Shown here: positions 37,157-44,788 of the stretch, piece by piece
Position numbering within the stretch: position 1 is the stretch's first letter
How the letters are laid out: each line of letters starts with the position of its first letter
Translations under genes and position numbers: made by a program
Notes under the pieces: generated by a model
The model's input: only the letters and a program-made list of their open reading frames with translations
Told to the model about the DNA's origin: nothing
Databases searched by the model: none
Assembly: GCA_001794215.1 (NCBI GenBank)
Contig: MGJK01000012.1
Span: forward strand, 4,834 to 68,833
Origin: Candidatus Yanofskybacteria bacterium RIFCSPHIGHO2_01_FULL_44_24
GTDB lineage: Bacteria; Patescibacteriota; Minisyncoccia; 2-02-FULL-40-12; GWA2-44-9
DNA: 64,000 bases
Direction of reading: 5' to 3'

Positions 37157-37270
37157 TTCTAATGAAAAATTCAAAAATCAAAGTGTAAAATTATTGTAAC
37201 CCGTAAAACCCCTTGATTTTTACGGGTATCCTGAATTTTTAATTTTGATATTTACATTTTAAATTTTGGT
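37157..37270 (+). repeat. AT-rich intergenic hairpin element (family copy A)
   Basis: ctaatgaaaaattcaaaaatcaaagtgtaaaattattgtaa + hairpin acccgtaaaa-cccctt-ga-ttttacgggt + T-rich arm gaatttttaattttgatatttacattttaaatttt, ending at an ATG. Confidence 0.7.
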
Positions 37271-38224
37271 ATGAAGAAGATAGCATTTGTTGTCGGAGTT
37301 TTTCCAGCCGTGTCTGAAACCTGGATGATCAATCAAGTCGCCGGTGCTTTAGATCGGGGTTTTGACGTGGATATTTATTCTTTTGAACGTCAGGACGAAA
37401 AGAATGTGTCCGATGTTTATCGTAAATATAAAATGTCTGAGCGGACGAGGTATATAGGGATGCCCGAGAACAAAATCGTAAGAATCGCTTTGGCTCTGCC
37501 GAAAATTATCAGACTTTTGTTAGTTTCTCCGGGAACTTTATTCAAAAGTTTGAATGTCGGGGAATACGGCCGGAATGCCCTATCTCTGAAATTTCTTTTC
37601 TGGTCTGAAGCTTTTGCCGGCAAAAAATACGATCTTATCCATCTCCATGACGGAGTTATAGCCGCTCGGTTTTTGACCATAAGAGATATAGCCGGAATCA
37701 AGGGTAAACTGCTGACCTCCTTCTATGGACAGGACGTGAGCCGGAGGGTAAAAGAAAATCCTCATATTTACGACAGGCTCAAGAAGACTGATTCGGAGTT
37801 TATCGTCATGTCGGATTATATGAGAAAACGCGTAGTAGATATGGGGTTTGACGAAAAAAGAGTTCACACCGTGTCGATATTCGGGATTGATGTTGACGCG
37901 CATCCGTTTAAGGAGAGGACAATTTCTCCCGGCGAGACATTCGAAATTGCGGCGATGGGCCGGTTTGTGGAGAAAAAGGGATTTGACGACATTCTAAGGG
38001 CCTTAGCCATCGTAAAGCAGAAGGCGAATAGGAAGTTTCATTTCAGTTTTATCGGAGGCGGAGAACTTGATCAAAAGCTTAGAAAAATGACCACAGACCT
38101 CGATTTGGATGATGTCGTCTCTTATAAAGGATACATGAAGATAGAAGATGCAATGAAATATTTAATGGGTATGCATCTGTACCTTCAGCCGTCAAAGATG
38201 GCGTCTGACGGAGACCAGGAATAA
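37271..38224 (+). pseudogene. GT4 glycosyltransferase, N-terminal 317-aa fragment (gene split by repeat element)
   Basis: GT4-like through ...LYLQPSKMASDGDQE, then a TAA exactly where the E-G-x-P...LEAMA motif should continue. The element copy at 38225 follows. Confidence 0.65.
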
Positions 38225-38338
38225 CCTAATGAAAAATTTAAAAATCAAAATGTAAAATTATTGTAACTCGCGAAATTAACCGACTTTTGCGAGTATCCTT
38301 AATTTTTAACTTTGATCTTTACATTTTAAACTTTTTAG
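38225..38338 (+). repeat. AT-rich intergenic hairpin element (family copy B) inserted inside a GT4 gene
   Basis: cctaatgaaaaatttaaaaatcaaaatgtaaaattattgtaa + hairpin actcgcgaaa...ttttgcgagt + T-rich arm. Collinear with copy A. The hairpin has compensatory substitutions (cccgtaaaa/ttttacggg versus ctcgcgaaa/ttttgcgag). Confidence 0.7.
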
Positions 38339-38617
38339 ATGACCACTTCTGTCCTACAAGCCCTTGCTACCGGTCTTCCATGCATCACCACTAATCACGG
38401 TGCCTTTAACGAGCAGATAGTTGATGGCAAAAACGGTTTTATGGTTCCGGAAGGAGATTATATGGCATTAGCCGAGAAGGTACTGTATTGCATGGATCAT
38501 CCGGAGCTATGGCCCGGTTTTGGTCGTTTTGGCAGACAACAGGTTCGGGATCGCTTTGATCTAAATTCTCTAATGGATAGGCAAGTTCAAATTTATAATA
38601 ACCTTTTAAGTAAATAA
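38339..38617 (+). pseudogene. GT4 glycosyltransferase, C-terminal 92-aa fragment with its own ATG
   Basis: MTTSVLQALATGLPCITTNHGAFNEQIVDGKNGFMVPEGD is the remainder of the GT4 E-x7-E region. Joined to the 317-aa upstream piece it gives a normal-length (~409 aa) GT4. Confidence 0.65.
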
Positions 38618-38619
38618 TT

Positions 38620-39618
38620 ATGGACGAGGTTAATATTTTAAAAAAATATATTGCTGAAATGGAATCTTTACCTTGTAATCTTTGCGGTAAAAATGAGACT
38701 CAAATTATTTGCGGCAAAGAAAGATTCGGCCTGGATATAAATACGGTTGTCTGCAAAAATTGCGGTTTAATTTATTTAAACCCCCGACCGGCCAAAGGAC
38801 AATATGAAGAAATGAATCGGGCCGATTACAGGATTGCGGTTGACGGGACAGATGCGGGTAATAATAAGTTATTCCAAAATCAATACAATTATTTTTTTAA
38901 AAATGCCGCCTTACTATGTCGGAAGAATATTGGTTTTCAGCCTCAAAGTATTCTCGATGTAGGGTGCAGTTGCGGCGGGGCCTTAAAATGTTTAGGCGAA
39001 ATTTATCCTTCGGCAAAATTGTACGGACTTGAACCGATAGTAAAGCACGCCGAATATACAAAGGAAAAGACCGGAGCAGAGGTGTATACCGGAATTTTAG
39101 AGAACTGGAACCCGGGCAAAAAATTTGATGTCATACTATTCTCCAAGGCGCTCAACCATACCTTGGATCCCAGGGGAAATTTGGAAAAAATAAAAAGCTT
39201 GTTATCTGAACGGGGGGTCTTGATCTTAATTATTCATGACCCGATGAACCCTTTATTGGCTTATCCGATAGAATATGTTTCAGAGATTTTGCATCCCTTC
39301 ATGTTTTATAGGGAGTCCATCAAATATTTTCTGGACCAAGTCGGATTTAACATCATTAATTACCGGGACGGCAGATATGTAAGTCCGTCAGGGAGAGAGA
39401 TGAGGAAGTTAAAATTTCCTAAAATGATTATATTTGCAAGAAGCGGACGGATAGGAAGCAATAAAACCGTAAAACCGAATTACCTCGAAACGCTAAAAAT
39501 GATCGCCGACAACAGCAGTATAAGGTTAAAATATGGACACATATATCATCGATGGCAATCTCCTAACTTAGCGATGAGGTTTTATCGGAAAGGTCTTAAA
39601 ATGATTGGATTGTGGTAA
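38620..39618 (+). CDS. class I SAM-dependent methyltransferase with N-terminal zinc-ribbon
   Basis: CNLCGKNETQIICGK...CKNCGLIYL and motif I ILDVGCSCGGAL. Confidence 0.7.
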   Translation: MDEVNILKKYIAEMESLPCNLCGKNETQIICGKERFGLDINTVVCKNCGLIYLNPRPAKGQYEEMNRADYRIAVDGTDAGNNKLFQNQYNYFFKNAALLCRKNIGFQPQSILDVGCSCGGALKCLGEIYPSAKLYGLEPIVKHAEYTKEKTGAEVYTGILENWNPGKKFDVILFSKALNHTLDPRGNLEKIKSLLSERGVLILIIHDPMNPLLAYPIEYVSEILHPFMFYRESIKYFLDQVGFNIINYRDGRYVSPSGREMRKLKFPKMIIFARSGRIGSNKTVKPNYLETLKMIADNSSIRLKYGHIYHRWQSPNLAMRFYRKGLKMIGLW

Positions 39619-39652
39619 GTTTTTGAAGCTTCGCCTAAAACAGTCCCATGGT

Positions 39653-40615
39653 CTACGCAACGGGTGTCTGTCGGTTTTTGTAATTATTATATATTTTTAG
39701 CCAATCTAAGAAAAAAAGAGGCTGATGTCTTATGTGTTTGTATCTCGGAGTCCGGTATTCCATATGCCTTTCATATTTATGAAAGTACAAATCTGCGTAC
39801 AGAGGGTCGATGATTACGCAGTATTTGGCGTAAGCTTCATGGGAGTCTTCAATGGTCCACAAGATATCTCGGCCAATATTTTTCAAGAAAGTAGAGAATA
39901 GATAGCCCTCCACGCTGGAAAAGTTCTCAGTATCTTTTTTAACTAAATTAATCTGCCAATACCGAACCATGTCTTCAATATTGCCGAAAAGCAGCTCGTC
40001 TGATAAATAATACAGCTTGGATCCTCCGGATCTTGCTCCCAAAGCCGCCAGGCGTTTTTTCATAAAAATTCTTTGAGAATTTTCCGGCGGGAAGTATTCT
40101 AAGAGATTGTGCAGGTATTCAAAAAGACCCGGAGAGTACATGCGCTGGTCGTTCCTGGTTTTTAAAACATACTCGGTTCCCAATGCTTCTGCTCTTTTGA
40201 TACCCGCTATCGTGGAAGCAATTTGAAAGTTAATGTTGAAAAATCTTGCAGGAGCGGTTACTCTCGGTTTTTCACTTAAAACAATCTCCGCATTTTCTTG
40301 GCGAATTTTATCAAGATAGGCCGGATCCTCATCATTCCACGTCGATACTATGATCAGAACTTTAGGGTGAAGCTTTTTGTAGATTCTTACGGTTTCAAGG
40401 GTAAAATCGTTAGCCTTAAGAATTGGACCCTGCATTACAATTGCCGTTTTCGGGTAGCTGCCGATTATTTTGGAATTGCTTTCAATCCCGGAAGCGTACA
40501 TCGGCCTGGCATGAAGAGTCATAAACTTGCCTTTAGTTTTTTCTACCCAATTTAAAAAGAATAAAAATATTTTTTCTTTTTTACGAAGTACCCTAAGCGG
40601 CAATAAAAATTTCAT
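39653..40615 (-). CDS. conserved polysaccharide-locus protein of unknown function (paralog of 23053..24021)
   Basis: See 23053..24021. Colinear similarity over the whole length. Confidence 0.5.
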   Translation of the reverse strand: MKFLLPLRVLRKKEKIFLFFLNWVEKTKGKFMTLHARPMYASGIESNSKIIGSYPKTAIVMQGPILKANDFTLETVRIYKKLHPKVLIIVSTWNDEDPAYLDKIRQENAEIVLSEKPRVTAPARFFNINFQIASTIAGIKRAEALGTEYVLKTRNDQRMYSPGLFEYLHNLLEYFPPENSQRIFMKKRLAALGARSGGSKLYYLSDELLFGNIEDMVRYWQINLVKKDTENFSSVEGYLFSTFLKNIGRDILWTIEDSHEAYAKYCVIIDPLYADLYFHKYERHMEYRTPRYKHIRHQPLFFLDWLKIYNNYKNRQTPVA

Positions 40616-40856
40616 TTGATTTGAGGCGCTATTTCTTCAGTATATCTCGGATATTCACAGGCAGTCAACCCAAGCTAAATTTTAATGCGCGGGTTTTGTT
40701 TTCGTAGTGAAATAGAATTGCTGAGGTGGTCGGATTGAGCTTCAGCGAGCGGCCGCTTGTTGGACAACTGGTCTTCGACAACCAAGATATTACAGTGATA
40801 TATTGTTAAAAAGTCAAGTCTTTATTTTTTTAGTTAAATATGATGTACTTTTATCT

Positions 40857-41393
40857 ATGGGAAATAAAAACGAGAAACCAAAGAACTTTATTATCGATGT
40901 AGACGGCGTCTTAACTGATGGCCAGTATTACTATACCGACAAGGGGAAGGTTATGAAAGTTTTTGGTCCCGATGATCACGATGCCCTATTGTTAATAAAA
41001 CCCCATCTGAATATTTGCATGATTTCGGGCGATAAAAGAGGGTTTGAGATTACCAGAAAAAGAATCGTGTCAGATATGAGGTTTCCTCTATGGTTGGTAA
41101 GTACTTTTGAAAGGGTTGAGTGGATCAAGCGTAAATTCAATCCCGAACAGACTATATATATGGGCGACGGTATATTTGACGGATCAGTTTTCGATGAAGT
41201 TGCGTATGGTATCGCGCCGGCCAATGCATTTTATAAAATAAAAGAAAGGGCGGATTTCGTAACTTTCTCGCGAGGCGGCGACAGTGCGGTGGCAGAAGCT
41301 TGCCTTCATATAATGGAGAAATTCTTTAAGCCTATCGACCTGAAGAATATAAAGATTAACGAAGCGGGTGTTTGGCGGAAGAAGAAGCAGTAA
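40857..41393 (+). CDS. KdsC-family HAD phosphatase (3-deoxy-manno-octulosonate-8-P / N-acylneuraminate-9-P phosphatase-like)
   Basis: FIIDVDGVLTDGQYYY...MISGDKRGFE...IYMGDGIFDGSVF matches the YrbI/KdsC subfamily. The ORF finder's 40803 start adds a hydrophobic leader; ATG at 40857 (MGNKNEK) is preferred. Confidence 0.65.
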   Translation: MGNKNEKPKNFIIDVDGVLTDGQYYYTDKGKVMKVFGPDDHDALLLIKPHLNICMISGDKRGFEITRKRIVSDMRFPLWLVSTFERVEWIKRKFNPEQTIYMGDGIFDGSVFDEVAYGIAPANAFYKIKERADFVTFSRGGDSAVAEACLHIMEKFFKPIDLKNIKINEAGVWRKKKQ

Positions 41394-41529
41394 TAATTAT
41401 GCACTGGAAAAAACCTACTCACAGTGCTAATGTTAAAAGTATAAAGAATTTTTAAGGAAATAGGGAGGATCGGCGTCATAAAATTAGATGACGGCTCGGT
41501 CCCCGAAATCCTATTTCTTGCGATTCATC

Positions 41530-43131
41530 ATGAACTACAAGGTCTGTATTTTGGCTGCGGGCATCGGTTCTCGCATGGGGAGCTTGTCAGACCACGTTAA
41601 TAAGGCCATTCTACCCGTAAATTATAAGGGTGTTATTTCGCATATCATTGAGAAATTTCCTAAAGATGTCGAAATAATAATCGCCGTAGGCCATAAGAAG
41701 GAAACTATTAGAAATTACCTATCCTTAGCTCATCCGGATAGGCTTCTGACCCTTGTCGATGTAGATAAGTACATGGGTCCGGGTACAGGGCCGGGATATT
41801 CTCTTTTGCGGTGCAAAAAATTCCTAAACTCTCCTTTCGTTTTTTTTGCAGCCGATACTTTAGTAATCGAAGATGTTCCTTTACCCGACAAAAATTGGTT
41901 CGGAATCGCTCCCGTTAAAGAAACGGAGAAATATTGTACCGTCAAGATTAAAAATAACTTAATTTGCCAACTGGATGACAAAATCAAAACCGATAATCGT
42001 TTTGCCTTCATCGGTTTAGCAGGTATTAAAGACTACCAAGATTTTTTTTCAGCTTTGGAAAAGGATAAAAATTTGATTGGCGGCGAAGTTCAGGTTTCAA
42101 ATGGGTTCAATAAATTGATCGAGAAAAAACTGGTGCCGATCGGCTTCACTTGGTTTGATACGGGCGCCCTCAACAGCTACGCAGAAACTAACAGAAATTT
42201 TATGGGCGGTGATAAAAAATTTGATTTCAGCAAGGGAAATGAATTTCTTTATTTTATCGATGACAGGGTAATTAAGTTTTTTGCCGATGCCGAAGTATCA
42301 AGCAACAGGTATGCCAGAGCGAAAAAAAGTTTATCTGAATTTTGTCCGGAGCTTATAGGCTTGGAAGGCGGTTTTTACAGCTATAAAAAAGTTGACGGCG
42401 CCACTCTCTATAGCGTTCTTAACACGAAAATCGCAAATGACTTTTTCAATTGGGCATACCATAATCTGTGGCAACGAGTCGAGTTACCCTCTGCGGAAAA
42501 AAAGGAATTTTTATCAACTTGTCAGAGGTTTTACTATGATAAAACCGAGAAAAGATTGCAGGATTTTTATAATAAGACGGGCTTGCAGGATACCCCAAAC
42601 AATATAAACGGGACGGAAACCCCGTCATTGAAAGAGCTGTTGTCTCAAATAGACTGGAAATATATTACCGACGGCATTCCAACCAATTTTCACGGGGACC
42701 TTCAGTTTGACAATATTTTGGTTGCCAACAATTCCGGTCCCGATGCCAAGTTTGTTTTATTGGACTGGCGGCATGATTTCGGGGGACTTACGCATGCGGG
42801 GGATATTTATTATGACTTGGCCAAGCTTTACGGAGGTACCATAGTGTCCTACCAGCTGATGAAGGACGGGATGTTTTCTTTTAACATGAGCGGTTCGGAC
42901 GTTTATTACGATTTTTATACTAAAAGCAATCTTAACGATGCCCGAGACGAATACGAATTATTTCTAAAAAGTCATGATTTTGACTTAAATAAAATCAAGA
43001 TCATTACCGCACTTATTTTTTTGAATATGTCTCCATTGCACAATGACCCTTTTGACCACATGGTGTACTATCTCGGCAAAAACATGCTTTATAAGACCCT
43101 TAGGACCGTCAATTATGGAAAAAGAGCATAA
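41530..43131 (+). CDS. bifunctional nucleotidyltransferase (N, LicC/MobA-like) / small-molecule kinase (C, choline/aminoglycoside-kinase fold)
   Basis: N-term VCILAAGIGSRMG. C-term Brenner/APH-like HGDLQFDNILV and LLDWRHDFGG. Start at MNYKV (41530) is preferred over the ORF-finder start at 41488. Confidence 0.65.
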   Translation: MNYKVCILAAGIGSRMGSLSDHVNKAILPVNYKGVISHIIEKFPKDVEIIIAVGHKKETIRNYLSLAHPDRLLTLVDVDKYMGPGTGPGYSLLRCKKFLNSPFVFFAADTLVIEDVPLPDKNWFGIAPVKETEKYCTVKIKNNLICQLDDKIKTDNRFAFIGLAGIKDYQDFFSALEKDKNLIGGEVQVSNGFNKLIEKKLVPIGFTWFDTGALNSYAETNRNFMGGDKKFDFSKGNEFLYFIDDRVIKFFADAEVSSNRYARAKKSLSEFCPELIGLEGGFYSYKKVDGATLYSVLNTKIANDFFNWAYHNLWQRVELPSAEKKEFLSTCQRFYYDKTEKRLQDFYNKTGLQDTPNNINGTETPSLKELLSQIDWKYITDGIPTNFHGDLQFDNILVANNSGPDAKFVLLDWRHDFGGLTHAGDIYYDLAKLYGGTIVSYQLMKDGMFSFNMSGSDVYYDFYTKSNLNDARDEYELFLKSHDFDLNKIKIITALIFLNMSPLHNDPFDHMVYYLGKNMLYKTLRTVNYGKRA

Positions 43132-44125
43132 AATAGATTCAACATTGGGTATCGGTCCTATGAGCTCAGAGGTGATTGAGGCCGTGTTTAGGTACTCTAA
43201 CTACTACCGCAAGCCGCTCATGCTCATTGCATCTAAAAATCAAATTGACTGGCGGGGCGGGTATGTTAATGGCTGGAAGACCGAAAATTACAAGTCTTTT
43301 ATAGACCAGATGAGACAACAGTACGGTTTGGCCAAGGTTTATATTTGCAGAGATCACTGCGGTCCCGGATTTAACGGCGTATATGATCTTGACGATACCT
43401 ATAAAACTATCGAAGACGATATCAAAAACGGCTTCGATCTTATTCATATCGATTTTTGCCATTTTCGAGGAAGCAAAGATGAGCAGTTCGAAGCATCAAA
43501 AAAGGCAATCGAGCATTGCCTTTCCCTAAAACCAGATATTTTCCTGGAAGTAGGCACTGATGAAAATGCCGGCGTTAGTTATAATCTTTCAAACGCCGAA
43601 GAGATTGAAAGAGAGATGGATTTTTTTAAAAGTTTTTGTTCCCCCGATTTTTACGTGGTGCAAACCGGAAGCCTGACAAAAGAGATAAACCAGGTTGGAA
43701 AATTCAACAAACAATTCGTGGAAAAAATATCCAGGATTTGTTCTGACAAGGGGATGAGCCTGAAAGAACATAACGGAGATTATCTGGACAAAGATCAGCT
43801 GGCATTGCGCAAGGGGATTGTCAACGCCATTAACATAGCTCCGCAACTCGGCGTAGTGCAGACAAACTTTGTTTTGAGCAGATGTTTAATGTACGGAATA
43901 GATTTCGGAGACTTTATCAAGGAGGCTTATCATGGCAAGAAATGGCAGAAGTGGCTTCATGGCAGCGACGACAGCAACAAATTTTTATGCTCTTTAATTT
44001 CCGGCCATTACCACTTTACATCCGATTCTTATAAGAGAATAATAGAACAATTAGGCCGAGTCGAAGATATCAGGGAATTAATAATCAATGAATTGATGAG
44101 CGTAATAGATCATTATGAAATATAA
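43115..44125 (+). CDS. GatZ/KbaZ-like (tagatose-6-phosphate kinase / tagatose-bisphosphate aldolase accessory family) protein
   Basis: IGPMSSEVIEAVFRYS...LMLIASKNQIDWRGGYVNGWKT resembles the GatZ N-terminal pattern (SVCSAHPxVIEAA...LIEATSNQV.QFGGYTGM). Start at MEKEHK (43115) overlaps the upstream gene end by 17 nt. Confidence 0.45.
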   Translation: MEKEHKIDSTLGIGPMSSEVIEAVFRYSNYYRKPLMLIASKNQIDWRGGYVNGWKTENYKSFIDQMRQQYGLAKVYICRDHCGPGFNGVYDLDDTYKTIEDDIKNGFDLIHIDFCHFRGSKDEQFEASKKAIEHCLSLKPDIFLEVGTDENAGVSYNLSNAEEIEREMDFFKSFCSPDFYVVQTGSLTKEINQVGKFNKQFVEKISRICSDKGMSLKEHNGDYLDKDQLALRKGIVNAINIAPQLGVVQTNFVLSRCLMYGIDFGDFIKEAYHGKKWQKWLHGSDDSNKFLCSLISGHYHFTSDSYKRIIEQLGRVEDIRELIINELMSVIDHYEI

Positions 44126-44504
44126 GTTTCCAAAAATTGTCAATAAACCGTGGGGCAGGGAGGTCTGGTTAGAGTTAAATAAAAATTATTGCTACAAAAG
44201 GATTTACATCAACAGAGGCTTTAGAACCAGTTTTCAGTTTCACCGGAAGAAGATGGAAACCAACTATATCATCAAGGGTAGGGCTGAAATTTGGCTTGAA
44301 AACGATCGCGGCGTTGTTTTGAAAAAAAATATGAAAAGCGACGATTTTTTTACAGTTAAACCGCCCCGAAAGCACAGAGTGGCTGCAATAACCAATCTGG
44401 TTCTTCAGGAGGTTTCTACCCCTGAAGTCGACGATGTTGTCAGAATCAACGATGATACCAATAGGCCCGATGGTAAAATTAAAAGCGAGCACAAAAATAA
44501 ATGA
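44115..44504 (+). CDS. cupin-domain protein (mannose-6-P-isomerase-like small cupin)
   Basis: KPWGREVWLE...FQFH..K.E...I.KG is the cupin motif pair. Confidence 0.6.
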   Translation: MKYKFPKIVNKPWGREVWLELNKNYCYKRIYINRGFRTSFQFHRKKMETNYIIKGRAEIWLENDRGVVLKKNMKSDDFFTVKPPRKHRVAAITNLVLQEVSTPEVDDVVRINDDTNRPDGKIKSEHKNK

Positions 44505-44788
44505 ATCCCGTTAGAGCCAAAATGTACTACCATGTCTATGTATTACAAAGCACAAAGGATAGGCACTGGTATACAGGCTTTACGGTGGATTTACGGAAGC
44601 GCTTGAAAGAACACAATGAAGGAAAGTATGAGTCGTGGACAAAAGGCAGAGGACCATTTGAATTAATATATTATGAAGCGTCTAAAAACAAACAAGATGC
44701 TAAAAATAGAGAAAAATATCTTAAAACTGGCATGGGCAAGCGCTACCTCAAAAACAGGCTTAAGCGCTTCCTGGCTCTAACGGGATGA
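44501..44788 (+). CDS. GIY-YIG nuclease-domain protein (YhbQ/UPF0213-like)
   Basis: YYHVYVLQS...WYTGFTVDLRKRLKEHNEG is the GIY-YIG core in a ~95-aa protein. Overlaps both neighbours by 4 nt (ATGA). Confidence 0.65.
   Translation: MNPVRAKMYYHVYVLQSTKDRHWYTGFTVDLRKRLKEHNEGKYESWTKGRGPFELIYYEASKNKQDAKNREKYLKTGMGKRYLKNRLKRFLALTG

Noticed and set aside
37271-38617. Intron, intein or programmed translational bypass as the explanation for the split GT4 gene
   Set aside because: The intervening 114 bp is far too short for a group I/II intron, contains in-frame stops (so not an intein), and is a member of a dispersed intergenic repeat family. A mobile-element insertion is the simpler explanation, though bypassing cannot be formally excluded from sequence alone.
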